64,000 nucleotides of DNA from a virus, in the IMG/VR virus record IMGVR_UViG_3300028591_000173, positions 4,799 through 68,798 of that record. One strand, given 5' to 3'. The first letter of the stretch is position 1. Each line of letters starts with the position of its first letter. The translations under genes were made by a program, and so were the position numbers. The notes under the pieces are model-generated. The model made no database searches and was not told the DNA's origin. It saw only the letters and a list, made by a program, of their open reading frames with translations. Below are positions 9,138 to 19,838 of the stretch, piece after piece.

Positions 9138-9968
9138 ATGCCGACAACGATCGAAGACCTTGACATAAAGCAGATAGTTATGGAGAAGATCGCCAGCGAG
9201 ATCCAGTCCATCCGCGAGCTCGACAGCGACACATACGGCAAATACAAAGTCACCATAACCAACGAGAGGCAGTTCCTCAGGGAAGACGAATTCGAGCACA
9301 ACACGATCTACCTGGTCGTGAAGTTCCTCGAGGGAAGCAAGGAATTCGGCCAGCAGAAGCAGCCGTTCTCCATAAACGCCATGAGCGAGCACAACGCTTT
9401 CGGCGTGTGCCAGAAGCTCATGATGGACTTCTCCGAGACCTACAACCTCATCTTCGAGTTCAGCAACGCGGAATACACCCTCAGGCAGACTATGACCACG
9501 CCGTCGGCGGTGAGCAACTTCAACGAGGTCTACGCGGGATTCCGCTCGGTTTTCTATATGTCGGGGACGTTCCTGATCGGCATCAACTCCAACCCGATAA
9601 CCGGCATAACGGTCAAGGACGCTGGCGGCCTCAACGAGGAGATAAGGTTCCTCACCGCGCAGTGGACGTTCGAGGCGCAGCCGGACTCCCAGCCTTTCTA
9701 CGGGACGAACGACTTCAACAGGACGGTGGCGAAATCGGCGGCTCTGTCCGTGGGATTCACCATGTACGCGGTGAACACCGATTTCTTCAACGGGGTCATG
9801 GACCTCATATTCAACAAAGACAACAGAGCGGACATAAACAAGACGTACACGCTCTCCATATCGTTCAAGAGCGGGAACGCCTACGAGGTTCCGATGAAGC
9901 TCCTTAGCGTCAGCGGGGCACAGCAGATCAGGGATTTCCCTGCCTGCACCTTCACATTCATGAGGTGA
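9138..9968 (+). CDS. putative virion structural protein (possible tail tube/major tail)
   Basis: 276-aa ORF, beta-rich, just upstream of the giant tail protein. Confidence 0.5.
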   Translation: MPTTIEDLDIKQIVMEKIASEIQSIRELDSDTYGKYKVTITNERQFLREDEFEHNTIYLVVKFLEGSKEFGQQKQPFSINAMSEHNAFGVCQKLMMDFSETYNLIFEFSNAEYTLRQTMTTPSAVSNFNEVYAGFRSVFYMSGTFLIGINSNPITGITVKDAGGLNEEIRFLTAQWTFEAQPDSQPFYGTNDFNRTVAKSAALSVGFTMYAVNTDFFNGVMDLIFNKDNRADINKTYTLSISFKSGNAYEVPMKLLSVSGAQQIRDFPACTFTFMR

Positions 9969-9974
9969 TGAGAG

Positions 9975-10478
9975 ATGGCATCGGATGAGAGAAAGATAAC
10001 CATAGAGCTCAAAGCGATCGGGACGGACGATTCCGAGGACGACGGGAACGGGAAAGACGAGGACAAGAAAGAGAAAGCCGCGAAGAACGCCTTGAAAAGC
10101 TCCCTCAAGCAAATGGGGAAGTTCGCGGTCAGGCAAGCCACCACCCAGATGCTTTTCGAATTCGAGAGATACACCACCCTGTCCGAGAACTACAAATTCG
10201 AGGTGATGATAGGCAACGCCCAGACCGCATTGAAGAAAACCATGGCCCTGGGATCGTCCCTGATAAACGGGGCGGCTACGGGGATGATCATCGGAGGCCC
10301 GGCCGGAGCGGCCATCGGCGCTTTCGTCGGAGCCGCCGAATTCGCGGTCACTGAGGGCCTCTCCCTTTGGAGGCAGTACAGGCAGCAGGATCTTCAGCTG
10401 GCCACGGACGACAGGACGGCCTCTTATGCCAGATCGAGGCTCGGCCTCATAGACAACGGAAGGGGGACTCAGAACTGA
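9975..10478 (+). CDS. hypothetical protein with Gly/Ala-rich hydrophobic C-terminal segment
   Basis: 167-aa ORF. Confidence 0.5.
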   Translation: MASDERKITIELKAIGTDDSEDDGNGKDEDKKEKAAKNALKSSLKQMGKFAVRQATTQMLFEFERYTTLSENYKFEVMIGNAQTALKKTMALGSSLINGAATGMIIGGPAGAAIGAFVGAAEFAVTEGLSLWRQYRQQDLQLATDDRTASYARSRLGLIDNGRGTQN

Positions 10479-10479
10479 C

Positions 10480-13400
10480 ATGAAGCTGAAATGCAGGATA
10501 AACGGCGTCGATTACGACATAGTTCAGGGCGCCACTTTCACGGACAATTTCAACGAGACGCTCGACAGCGCCACCATTTGCCTCGACCAGGTCCGGAAAA
10601 TAGACGGCGTCAGGCAATACGACGACGTTTTCATATGGAACGCCGATGAGTCGTTCGACGGATACGGCGGCCCCAGGGACATAGCGGAGCTGGACGGCGG
10701 GATCACCGTCGGAGGCGACAAACATATCACAGACGCGTGGACCGATGTCTATCTCTCGAGCGGGGGGCTCACCATAGAGGACAAGGGCGCCTATTTCGAG
10801 CTGTCCGGACGGATATGCCAGATATGGTCCTGCATCTTCTACGGGTACACCGACCAGAACGAGGACGAATGCAGGTACAGAGGCGTGAGAATGGACGTCA
10901 CGGCCGGTTTCGTCATGAATGAGGGCCTGAGCCAAACGGAGCACAACGAGAGCGGATTCAGGATAGAAGCCGCCGACGGAAGGGCCCACGGCGGGATCGA
11001 TTCCGAGATAATCCTCACGAACGGGACGCATTCATTCGCGTGCTCCTACTCCCCAGACACGCAGTCCTTCACCGTGGACAAATGGCAGGGGCCGACCCTC
11101 ATCAAATGGCTGCAGAGCTCAGCGGTCGGGTATCAGGTCGACGGCATGAACAAAACCTTCGACATACAGGTCCATGCGGACGACTTCTCAGGCGACGGAA
11201 TCGTCGATTTCAGCATAGAGATCGTCTACAGAGGCAGGACATACACATTCACGATGACCGGCATCGAGGACGTCGACGAATGGACGAAAGTGGTCACTTT
11301 CGAGAACCCTGACCTAGGCAGTCTGGGCATCACCTTCGTCAGCGGCCAAAACGGGGGATGGAACTCGGAAGGCCTGGAGAACAGGGAACCGACCGCCACC
11401 GACCCTTCCGGGATACTCAGGGCGACGGATGGCATGTCCATATCGAACCTGATGGGCGTGAGGGACGGGACCAAAAAGCTCCCGACTTTCTACAAGCATC
11501 TCCTCTTCGACAAATTCCCGGAGGAGCAGGTCGGGCTTGAGACGGGGCTCTACAAGTGCGCCATCGACCTTTTCAGCGAGACGAAGAGGCTTGAGAAGAT
11601 ACCGCTTCCGAACATATCCATAACCCAGTCCCTCGTGCAGGAGAAGAAAAGATCCTGCTGGTTCTACATGAAGGAATACGTCGAGGCCTTCTCTCCTAAA
11701 TACAAGAAAGTCTCGAACAGGAGCGGGCATAAATGGAGATACGTGAGCAAATACTATCTCAGCGAGAGCGGGACGGACCGCGACGGCCTGATAGCCAACC
11801 TCAAGGAGATCTTCGACAGCGTCATATGCCCTGAGATGTCGATGACCAACCCAAGCCTGAAGGATCTGCTCGCGCAGATAATGAGGGTCAAGGACATGAT
11901 CCCCGTGGTCAAGGACGATGTCATATACGGCCTCGACATAAGCCATACGGTCGGGGATTTCGATAGGACGAACGCCAATTTCGTCAGAGGGTCGCTCAGC
12001 AGCGACGATTTCGCCACGGACGCGAGAAGGGAGCACAGCAACGCCCTATCGCAGGAGAATTCGGCCCACATGGTCGAGTACCTCGGGTTCAGGTCGCCCA
12101 ACAGCGTCTTCCTAACGCTCGACCAGCTCACGTTGGAGACAAGGTTCCCGATATACAAGATAAACAGCATCAAGATGTGCTATTACAAGGAAGCCGAGCT
12201 CGTGCCTGCGGCGGGAAGCAGCCTGCCAAGGGTCAAGAAATACTTCCTCTGCAAACAGGACATCACCCCTCTCATACTGCAGAACACCGTAAGGAACACG
12301 CTCAGCACGAACTGGGATAGCTTTCTGAGCGGCAGGCCGGTGGATACCCCCCACGATTTCTCGAACATGGATTACACGGACTTCGACGGCAATAAGGTCA
12401 CCATGGATTTCGCCAAGCAGTTCAAGATATGCACGATCGGATACGACATCGGCAGCAACAAGCTGATGGGCTGGGGCGCCAAATACCAGTATCTCAACGT
12501 GCTTTGGTTCAAGGCGGAATGCTCCTACATAGAGAACATAGTCAACCTCGTCGACGCGATAAACCCATACGGCCTGACCAACCCCCTTCAGCTCAAAGGC
12601 GGAGAGGGATATGAGGGCGTGACCGTACCCGGCGGGATAATGCACATCATGCCGCTTGACGGGGATCAGGACCTTCTCGGGCAGAATCCCGACGAGAACA
12701 TCGCGAAGAAGATAAAATCCATCGTGTTCGAGGTGGATTACGACGCCATGTACAGCGGCGCCATAATGCATGGCAAAGAGAACATAGACAGGGACGACAT
12801 AGTCACCGTCGACAACTGCAGCGCGGCCCTGACCGTCCTTGAGAGCGACGGGCTTTTCGAGCGCGAGAAGATGGACCGCATCGGCAACAAGATCTTCAAG
12901 ATGACGGCCAGATACGACGAGGACAACGGCGGGGCCGACCCAAGCAAGGTCCAGAAGGTCGGAACCTACGACAAAGAGACCGATTCCATAATCTACTCAA
13001 GGGAATACCAGATCTACGACAACGCCATACTCGCCAACTACGAATCCACCAGCGAATACGTCCTGAAGAACTACTTCACCACGGTGTGGGCCAAATACAG
13101 GACGTACAGCCTCATGCCCTATGGCGAGAGCATAAGAAGGGCCGAGAACGTCAGGAAGTTCCTCCTTCTCAGCAAAGAGAAAGCGTATTACGAGAACGAG
13201 GGCAGGGGCGATGAGATGCTTTTCGGCGACGCCGAGACGGCGAAGCAGTTCCTCAGCTTCGTCACCCCAAGCGAACTGGACAAGGAAAGCGGGACGGTGA
13301 GGCACGACGAGAAGATCAACTGCGGGTATTTCGTCTTCTACACAAGGGAAGACGGGAACGAGAACACGGGGATCTACCTCAGCGACGTCAACGCGTTCGC

Positions 13401-15597
13401 GAGCGGGACGTCGCTCTGCTTCAACATAGCCACGTACGACAACATATCCGGCGGAAGCTACATAGACGAGATGACCGCCGACCTCAAGCCAGCGTTCAAC
13501 GCGGACGACCTCCTTGACTACAAAACCACCCAGTCGTGGTGGAACATGGTCGGATCGACCGACGACGCGTTCGTGAAGAACGTCGGATTCAGCGTATGCC
13601 ATCTGGACAAAGAGGCGTATTTCCACGATTACCTGATCCCGAACCCGACCGTCCTGAGGTTCTACGGGGAAGCGTACCTCAAGCTCCCGAAGGCGATCAA
13701 CGCATCCGATTTCCTTCAGAGCAGCAGCATGTCGATAGGCGTGTCCAAAAAACCGCTATGCAAAGACAACAAAGAGATAATCGACATGACGATGCAGTTC
13801 GACTACCTCGCGGAGAACAGGGACGAGGTGGTCGTCTCGCCGTGGATGAGCAAGCTGAATGACCTGATAGGCCATTACGACAAATTCGACAGGGACGGCT
13901 CGCTGAAGACCGATTACGTCGGCGGGGTGAGCATAACCTGCTTCGCCTACGACAGCAAACCCAGATTCGGGATCCCCGCCAGGCTCCATAAAGCGGTCAT
14001 GAAGATCAAAGCGAGCGATTTCGCGACCCTTGAGCCCGACGATCCTTTCATGCTTGCCGATATCGGCGCTTCCTTCAATGTGCCCAAAACTCCTTTCTCT
14101 CAATATTCGTGGTCAAGCTACGAGGCGAACGGAAAAGGGACCCTTTCCCTGAACAAAGTCACGTCCGTGGACACCCAAAGCATGAGCGTCAGCGTAAGCG
14201 CGGCGTTCAGCGGCGGCTACCAGCTCCGGATCAACAAGATAATGAAGGGCGACATAAGCTCGTCCATATCCTTCTCGCGCACGTTCGCCATCGAATTCAG
14301 AAGGACGGCGGTCTCGAACGAGGGCGGCGAGACATACTATTACCTCGAAGGCGACATCCCGGCCGAGATCGTCGACGTCAACCTCCGCGAGGCGAACGAG
14401 AGCGACATGCCTTATAACGTCCCGGCCCATTACTGCGTCTTCCAGGAAGGCTCAGACGACCCGACAGAGCTGAGGGAAGCGAATTCCTCGGTGGCCTACG
14501 CATCGGTCTCGGCCGAATCGGTCAAAGTCAGATCGTTCGCCAAGAACATGTTCGTCGTGGCCTCATCCGCCAAAGCGGACAGGAGGCTCGAATACACCAT
14601 GTACAGATACGACGCCGAGTCCGACCCGGCGGTCAACACGTTCCCAGAAGACTTCTTCGTGGACGCCGAGGCCTCGGTGGAGAACATCTTCTCGGCCTTC
14701 GAGGACGAATCCGGGGCGGTCGGGATCTACGTCAACCCGTCCAGATACAGAAACAACCAGAACATACCGTTCGCGGTCCGCTCCCTGCAGTATTACTACA
14801 GAGACGACAACGGGACGATGCACTTCGTCTTCGGCGTGAACCTGCCCGATATATCGCGGAACGACGTCGTCTACGACCCGTTCAGCATATATCTCTCCGC
14901 CGTATCGAAGCGCTGCATGGATGTCTTCGACGAGAGCCACCTCGTGGTCGGCAGAGCCAAGAACGCCCTGCTCGACCCCGATCAATGCTTCTCCGACCAA
15001 TACTACGAGCCGGTCGGGCGCGTCCCGTCGGCCTACCAGAAGGCGAAATACCTCGAGTCAGACGGGCGCCAGATCATCCACATCGACGGCGCCGACGTGA
15101 GCGACGATACCGCCATCGAATGCGAATTCATGGCATCGGGGTCCGCCGACCCGACCGAATGCATGTTCGGCAGATGGGGCGCGGACGGACTCGTCATGAT
15201 GCGCGGTGAGAACGGGCTCATCCTCCGCAGGTCGGCGAGGGACTCCTCGCTGAGCACCAACCCGGTGGCGATCGACGAGGGCAGGAGATACCTGGCTAAG
15301 GCCGATTCGAACGGGCTCTCGCTGAACGGCATCCAAGTCTCGTGGTTCCACGGCGCAGCGTACAGGATGGATCCGACCCGCGGCATCGACGCGTTCGGGG
15401 CAAGCCTTGACGGGAACATGCTCGGCAAGGGCTTCGTCGGCAGGATATACGGGATGAAAGTGTATCAGGCGGGGGCTTTGGCCCACGACCTCGTGCCATG
15501 CGTCAGGAGATCGGACGGCAGACCGGGCCTGTACGACGCGGTCACGGAGACGTTCCACGCCAACACCGGCGCAGGCGATCTCAAATACGGATTCTAG
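10480..15597 (+). CDS. giant tail/virion protein (1705 aa); candidate central tail spike / host-recognition protein
   Basis: single uninterrupted ORF; not helical like a tape-measure protein; followed by fiber genes. Confidence 0.75.
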   Translation: MKLKCRINGVDYDIVQGATFTDNFNETLDSATICLDQVRKIDGVRQYDDVFIWNADESFDGYGGPRDIAELDGGITVGGDKHITDAWTDVYLSSGGLTIEDKGAYFELSGRICQIWSCIFYGYTDQNEDECRYRGVRMDVTAGFVMNEGLSQTEHNESGFRIEAADGRAHGGIDSEIILTNGTHSFACSYSPDTQSFTVDKWQGPTLIKWLQSSAVGYQVDGMNKTFDIQVHADDFSGDGIVDFSIEIVYRGRTYTFTMTGIEDVDEWTKVVTFENPDLGSLGITFVSGQNGGWNSEGLENREPTATDPSGILRATDGMSISNLMGVRDGTKKLPTFYKHLLFDKFPEEQVGLETGLYKCAIDLFSETKRLEKIPLPNISITQSLVQEKKRSCWFYMKEYVEAFSPKYKKVSNRSGHKWRYVSKYYLSESGTDRDGLIANLKEIFDSVICPEMSMTNPSLKDLLAQIMRVKDMIPVVKDDVIYGLDISHTVGDFDRTNANFVRGSLSSDDFATDARREHSNALSQENSAHMVEYLGFRSPNSVFLTLDQLTLETRFPIYKINSIKMCYYKEAELVPAAGSSLPRVKKYFLCKQDITPLILQNTVRNTLSTNWDSFLSGRPVDTPHDFSNMDYTDFDGNKVTMDFAKQFKICTIGYDIGSNKLMGWGAKYQYLNVLWFKAECSYIENIVNLVDAINPYGLTNPLQLKGGEGYEGVTVPGGIMHIMPLDGDQDLLGQNPDENIAKKIKSIVFEVDYDAMYSGAIMHGKENIDRDDIVTVDNCSAALTVLESDGLFEREKMDRIGNKIFKMTARYDEDNGGADPSKVQKVGTYDKETDSIIYSREYQIYDNAILANYESTSEYVLKNYFTTVWAKYRTYSLMPYGESIRRAENVRKFLLLSKEKAYYENEGRGDEMLFGDAETAKQFLSFVTPSELDKESGTVRHDEKINCGYFVFYTREDGNENTGIYLSDVNAFASGTSLCFNIATYDNISGGSYIDEMTADLKPAFNADDLLDYKTTQSWWNMVGSTDDAFVKNVGFSVCHLDKEAYFHDYLIPNPTVLRFYGEAYLKLPKAINASDFLQSSSMSIGVSKKPLCKDNKEIIDMTMQFDYLAENRDEVVVSPWMSKLNDLIGHYDKFDRDGSLKTDYVGGVSITCFAYDSKPRFGIPARLHKAVMKIKASDFATLEPDDPFMLADIGASFNVPKTPFSQYSWSSYEANGKGTLSLNKVTSVDTQSMSVSVSAAFSGGYQLRINKIMKGDISSSISFSRTFAIEFRRTAVSNEGGETYYYLEGDIPAEIVDVNLREANESDMPYNVPAHYCVFQEGSDDPTELREANSSVAYASVSAESVKVRSFAKNMFVVASSAKADRRLEYTMYRYDAESDPAVNTFPEDFFVDAEASVENIFSAFEDESGAVGIYVNPSRYRNNQNIPFAVRSLQYYYRDDNGTMHFVFGVNLPDISRNDVVYDPFSIYLSAVSKRCMDVFDESHLVVGRAKNALLDPDQCFSDQYYEPVGRVPSAYQKAKYLESDGRQIIHIDGADVSDDTAIECEFMASGSADPTECMFGRWGADGLVMMRGENGLILRRSARDSSLSTNPVAIDEGRRYLAKADSNGLSLNGIQVSWFHGAAYRMDPTRGIDAFGASLDGNMLGKGFVGRIYGMKVYQAGALAHDLVPCVRRSDGRPGLYDAVTETFHANTGAGDLKYGF

Positions 15598-15610
15598 GAG
15601 GAAAGACACG

Positions 15611-15988
15611 ATGGGCATAGACATATTCCAGTCAAGAAGGGGCTACGACGAATACTGCAGGTGGTGGTCCCGCGACGAGAGCGAGGAGCTCGATGACGCC
15701 GAGCTCGTCATGAAAAGGGTCCAGACGGGCTCATTCATGGCGAAGGAGGCCGCCCCGGAGCGCACTAGGACATCGGTGACGGTCGACTCATTCATGCACA
15801 GGCAGACGACGGTGACGATAAAATCGCCTGATGATCTGACGGGCATGAAGGCCAACGACCTGGTCGAATACCTCGGCGAGAGATGGATAGTCACGAACGT
15901 GCAGAAGGTCAAATCCAGGAAGCAGAACGCCAGGTACGCGAAGGACGGCTACTGCTCCCATTTCTGGTACGTGGACCTAAGGAGATAG
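15611..15988 (+). CDS. hypothetical protein
   Basis: 125-aa ORF, SD ggaggaaag. Confidence 0.5.
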   Translation: MGIDIFQSRRGYDEYCRWWSRDESEELDDAELVMKRVQTGSFMAKEAAPERTRTSVTVDSFMHRQTTVTIKSPDDLTGMKANDLVEYLGERWIVTNVQKVKSRKQNARYAKDGYCSHFWYVDLRR

Positions 15989-16047
15989 TTTCCGCTTTGC
16001 ATTCGCGCGCGAATACTTTAAAATGAGAATGACAATGAGGTGATTTC

Positions 16048-17403
16048 ATGTGGATTTGGTTAGACAGCACCGGAAAGGTTAAGCAATACCTGATGCATGG
16101 TCCGTCCCCGGTCGTCGGGGAGACCGATTTCCAGATTTTCGCGCATTTCGAGGGGCTCGATTACGAGCTTTTCGATTCGGCCACCATAAAATTCAGGAAG
16201 CCGGACAGGCAGGGGAATGCCTACCCAACTCTGTTCATGAGGAAGGTGAATCTGCCATTCTACCCGCTTCCGGAAGACACGGACAACGCCTATTTCGAGA
16301 TCAACCACGATGGCGGGTATCAGGGATTCCTTTTCGATTTCTCCAAGTTCACCTCGGACGACGAGGTCGTGAGGCTGCTTGACACGCCAGGCGTGTGGCA
16401 GGCCACGATAACCTGCCTCAGCGCACCGACGAAGACGAATGTCTCCGGCCTGATAACCTTCACCGTCGGCGCATCCGCGTCGGATTCCGAAGATCAGACC
16501 GAATTGGCGCTCGACCAGATACTCGAGAACCTCATCCTCTCGGCGATGATACTCAAGAAGAACAGCAACGCATACCTCAGGGTTTCGCCGACTTTCGTGG
16601 ATGACGCCACCGTCGGCACCCTCGATCCGAATATGTATTCCGTGGGCTCGGTCGTCTACGACACGACGAGGAAGAGCTTCTACAAGATCCTGACCGTCAC
16701 GACCGACGAGGTGCTGGGGACGACCCGCGCGACGTACGAGAAGGCGTACAGATCGGTCAAGGTATGCGAAGCCGACTCGAATACGACCATGGAGGAGGCA
16801 TACGCGCAGAACGACGGCGATCTCGCCGTGTTCAAGACGCCGAACGGCGGGTCCGTCATCGCCTCGTTCTATGAGGACGGGGTGCAGAAGATAGGCTTCG
16901 AGGCCGTGGAATTCCTCACCGGGAACAGATACGCGGGATCCGGGTTCAGGGACCACGCATTCCTCAGCCAACTGAACGCGGACAACATGACCGTCACGCC
17001 GCTGAGCGTCCTCGCAAGGGACGTCGACAACATACACAGGCTCGCGCCGCCATACGTCGCCTCGAACGCGTACGTGGCGGATGACATAGTCCTCCATGAC
17101 GGGACGTTCTACCGCTGCGTGAACGTCAACGGCACCACAGGGACGTGGACGGCCGCCGACTGGGCTGAGCTCGACCTCAACTACATAATGGGCAGAACCA
17201 GGGTGGACGAGGAGCTCGACGTCAACAGCCATCAGCCGATATCGAACCGGGCCGTCACTTTGGCGCTCAGGGGGAAAGTCGACAAGACGACGAAGGTCAA
17301 CAACCATGGGTTGGACCAGGACGTCAACCTGATCCCAGACGATCTGGGCATGGAAAGGGTGAGCAATTCGGACATAGACGATCTGTTCGGTCCGAACGAA
17401 TAA
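16048..17403 (+). CDS. tail/baseplate protein with C-terminal CBM5/12-like carbohydrate-binding motif (YVADDIV..GTFYRC...WTAADWAEL)
   Basis: 451-aa ORF; aromatic W/Y pattern of chitin-binding-type domains. Confidence 0.6.
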   Translation: MWIWLDSTGKVKQYLMHGPSPVVGETDFQIFAHFEGLDYELFDSATIKFRKPDRQGNAYPTLFMRKVNLPFYPLPEDTDNAYFEINHDGGYQGFLFDFSKFTSDDEVVRLLDTPGVWQATITCLSAPTKTNVSGLITFTVGASASDSEDQTELALDQILENLILSAMILKKNSNAYLRVSPTFVDDATVGTLDPNMYSVGSVVYDTTRKSFYKILTVTTDEVLGTTRATYEKAYRSVKVCEADSNTTMEEAYAQNDGDLAVFKTPNGGSVIASFYEDGVQKIGFEAVEFLTGNRYAGSGFRDHAFLSQLNADNMTVTPLSVLARDVDNIHRLAPPYVASNAYVADDIVLHDGTFYRCVNVNGTTGTWTAADWAELDLNYIMGRTRVDEELDVNSHQPISNRAVTLALRGKVDKTTKVNNHGLDQDVNLIPDDLGMERVSNSDIDDLFGPNE

Positions 17404-17437
17404 AAACCAACAAGGCAAGGCAAGGAGAGAAAAAAAG

Positions 17438-18493
17438 ATGTCTAGTTATCTGGATTTAAGCGGTCTGTCCCGATATGACGGGAAGATCAAGGCGCTCATA
17501 ACGGCCGAGGCGACCGCCAGGGCCAACGCCGACAGCGCGCTCAGCAGCAGGGTGAGCACGCTTGAGAACGCGGGGTATATCACGAAAGGCGCGAGCAACC
17601 TCGACTACTACTACACGAAGACGCAGTCGGACAGCCGCTACTACGACAAGGCGACGGTGGACGGGTTCATCGCCACGCTGAGCGGCAAGCTCGACATCAA
17701 CGTCGTGACAAAACAAGAATGGCTTGATACCTACGAAGAGCATCCGGACACCTATTACGGTACGGGCGTCTACCTCGTTCCGCAGAACGAAGGCCAAGAT
17801 GTAGGCCCCCACGACGCCTATGACGAGTACATATCCGCCAGATCGGGAACGTCCCCTAACTATACCTACAGATGGGAGAAACTCGGCGACACCAACCCAA
17901 GCCTCAGCGGTTACGTCCCGAATACCAGGACCGTCAACGGCCACGCTTTGTCGAGCAACGTCACCGTCACAAAGGCCGACGTCGGCCTCGGCGACACCGC
18001 CAACGGCGCCCAGGTCAACGTCCTGGAAGGCGTTCAGCTCAACGGGACGGATCTCACCATAACCGGCAAGAAGGTCAACATAAACCTTTCCTCATACGCC
18101 ACCCAGTCCTGGGTCACCTCGGGATACGTCGCCAAGGAAAGCGGGAAAGGCCTGTCCACGAACGATTTCACCAACGCTTACGAGATGGCGCTCCGCAACG
18201 CGTTGGACCCGAATACCGGAAAGGGCGTCGCGTCCGTGGTTTGGGTCAGTGATAATTTCCTTACATTAGACGGATGGGATCCATATCAGACCAAGCTCAA
18301 CGGCATCGCCGCCGGAGCCCAGGTCAACGTCATAGAGGTCATCAAGGTCAATGGCAACGCGGTCTCAGTGACCTCGCCTAAGACCGTCAGCCTCACCATC
18401 CCGACCAAGACGAGCGATCTCACCAATGACAGCGGGTTCATCACCGGCGTCACGTCCATAACCAACTCGGAGATAGACGCGCTGTTCGCGTAA
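17438..18493 (+). CDS. tail fiber protein (repeated YYxK / GLSTNDFT / AGAQVNV fiber-type motifs)
   Basis: 351-aa ORF. Confidence 0.7.
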   Translation: MSSYLDLSGLSRYDGKIKALITAEATARANADSALSSRVSTLENAGYITKGASNLDYYYTKTQSDSRYYDKATVDGFIATLSGKLDINVVTKQEWLDTYEEHPDTYYGTGVYLVPQNEGQDVGPHDAYDEYISARSGTSPNYTYRWEKLGDTNPSLSGYVPNTRTVNGHALSSNVTVTKADVGLGDTANGAQVNVLEGVQLNGTDLTITGKKVNINLSSYATQSWVTSGYVAKESGKGLSTNDFTNAYEMALRNALDPNTGKGVASVVWVSDNFLTLDGWDPYQTKLNGIAAGAQVNVIEVIKVNGNAVSVTSPKTVSLTIPTKTSDLTNDSGFITGVTSITNSEIDALFA

Positions 18494-18512
18494 AAGGAAA
18501 GGAGGGCAGTCG

Positions 18513-19064
18513 ATGCCTAAGTATTTAGACGACGCTGGCCTGGCCTATTTCCTCAGCAAGTGCGGCGGCAAGTTCCAGGCCAAGCTGATCAGCGGAACGA
18601 ACATAAAGACCATCAACGGCCAGTCCATACTTGGGTCGGGCAACCTCACGATAAGCGGTGGGGCGACTACCCGCTTATACCGACACGAGGTAAGGATCCA
18701 ATGCCAATGGGCTGGAAGCTCATACACCTTCTTGGAGATGACCTTCTATTCGACAAGCGTATATCCTATCGAGGATTTCGGCGATTTCCTTGATGTGGTT
18801 TTCTCAAGAGGCAATGCGGTCTATACGATTCCTGTCACGCTCTTCAATGTGTATAACGGAGCGGTCACGGAAGTGAAGCACCTTTTGTCATATGCCGTTT
18901 CTTACAGTAATGGCATTTTGGGCTTCAATTATGACCACAACTCCATAACCGATGGCGTTGGCGGAATCCAAGCGACTTCAAGTGGCGCAAGCATGGCTCA
19001 TTACTACACCGACATATACAGCTCGAATGTGAACTACGTCCAAGATGACGTGACGGAGGTTTGA
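18513..19064 (+). CDS. fiber-associated protein (lower-GC segment)
   Basis: 183-aa ORF, SD aaggaaaggaggg. Confidence 0.55.
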   Translation: MPKYLDDAGLAYFLSKCGGKFQAKLISGTNIKTINGQSILGSGNLTISGGATTRLYRHEVRIQCQWAGSSYTFLEMTFYSTSVYPIEDFGDFLDVVFSRGNAVYTIPVTLFNVYNGAVTEVKHLLSYAVSYSNGILGFNYDHNSITDGVGGIQATSSGASMAHYYTDIYSSNVNYVQDDVTEV

Positions 19065-19396
19065 TGATGACGTACCATTATTACAAAAAGGGTGACAACT
19101 ACATAGTCACAAAAAACCCTCTTGTTGAGCCGCTTCCGATCGGCTTCACGAAAGTCTCGAAAACCGCCTATGAGAAGCATCTTGCCCAAGGGAAAGCGGA
19201 GAGAGACAGGATGAAGGCAAGCGATTCTTACCTAAAAACAAAGGAGATCGCCCAACTCAAAAACCAGCTCTCAGCCACTGACTACAAGGCCATCAAATAC
19301 GCCGAAGGGGCCATCTCTGAGGAGGATTACGCGCCCATCAAAGCCCAACGCCAGCAATGGCGCGACAGGATAAATGAGCTGGAATCCGATGAATGA
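19061..19396 (+). CDS. small tail-fiber-associated protein (XkdX/XkdW-like pattern TDYKAIKYAEGAISEEDY)
   Basis: 111-aa ORF. Confidence 0.45.
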   Translation: MMMTYHYYKKGDNYIVTKNPLVEPLPIGFTKVSKTAYEKHLAQGKAERDRMKASDSYLKTKEIAQLKNQLSATDYKAIKYAEGAISEEDYAPIKAQRQQWRDRINELESDE

Positions 19397-19838
19397 CATA
19401 AAAAGCCGTCTTGAAAGAGCGGGGTTCAGATTCTCGCAAGAGATTCCAAGGAAAGCCTCGTTCATAATGCAGGACGGCTCTTTTTTGGATATGAGGGGGC
19501 TTTCCCACTCGGATCTGGAAGGGGTCTTCCTGGCGAACGGGATAACGGCGTCGGGCAGGGATAACCTCCTTCGCGGATACGGGGCCATACAGGTGAACGA
19601 CGGCACATATGAGATGCAATACGAATGCGCATATGCTCGCCTCCCCGATTCCATAACCCAGGCGCAGGGCGAATCGCTCCTCCGTTGGCTGGACCGCCTC
19701 ATGACGGACTGCCGCAAGGCGGAGGTGACCGTGGCGTTCAGGGGAAAACTGTCCGTCATCCCGCTGCTTTGCAAAAAAAGCCCCGACGGGGCTCTGCCTG
19801 ATGATATAATAAAGGATATAAGGAGGGAAAACCGATGA
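19389..19838 (+). CDS. hypothetical protein (start ambiguous: 19374 or 19389)
   Basis: ORF track 19374..19838. Confidence 0.45.
   Translation: MNDIKSRLERAGFRFSQEIPRKASFIMQDGSFLDMRGLSHSDLEGVFLANGITASGRDNLLRGYGAIQVNDGTYEMQYECAYARLPDSITQAQGESLLRWLDRLMTDCRKAEVTVAFRGKLSVIPLLCKKSPDGALPDDIIKDIRRENR

Noticed and set aside
9968-9978. Programmed frameshift joining 9138..9968 and 9975..10478 (tail chaperone-like arrangement)
   Set aside because: No slippery heptamer lies near the junction; both ORFs have their own ATG.
8949-10481. Long antisense ORFs (e.g. 8949..10481 -, 16060..17418 -, 26981..28462 -, 57562..58614 -, 5760..6896 -, 1691..2578 -, 24972..25802 -, 11314..12036 -)
   Set aside because: Each is fully embedded opposite a long, well-supported + strand gene (primase, helicase, tail proteins, portal). 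They have Arg/Pro/Gly-rich translations and no SD. This is the usual high-GC antisense open-frame artefact.
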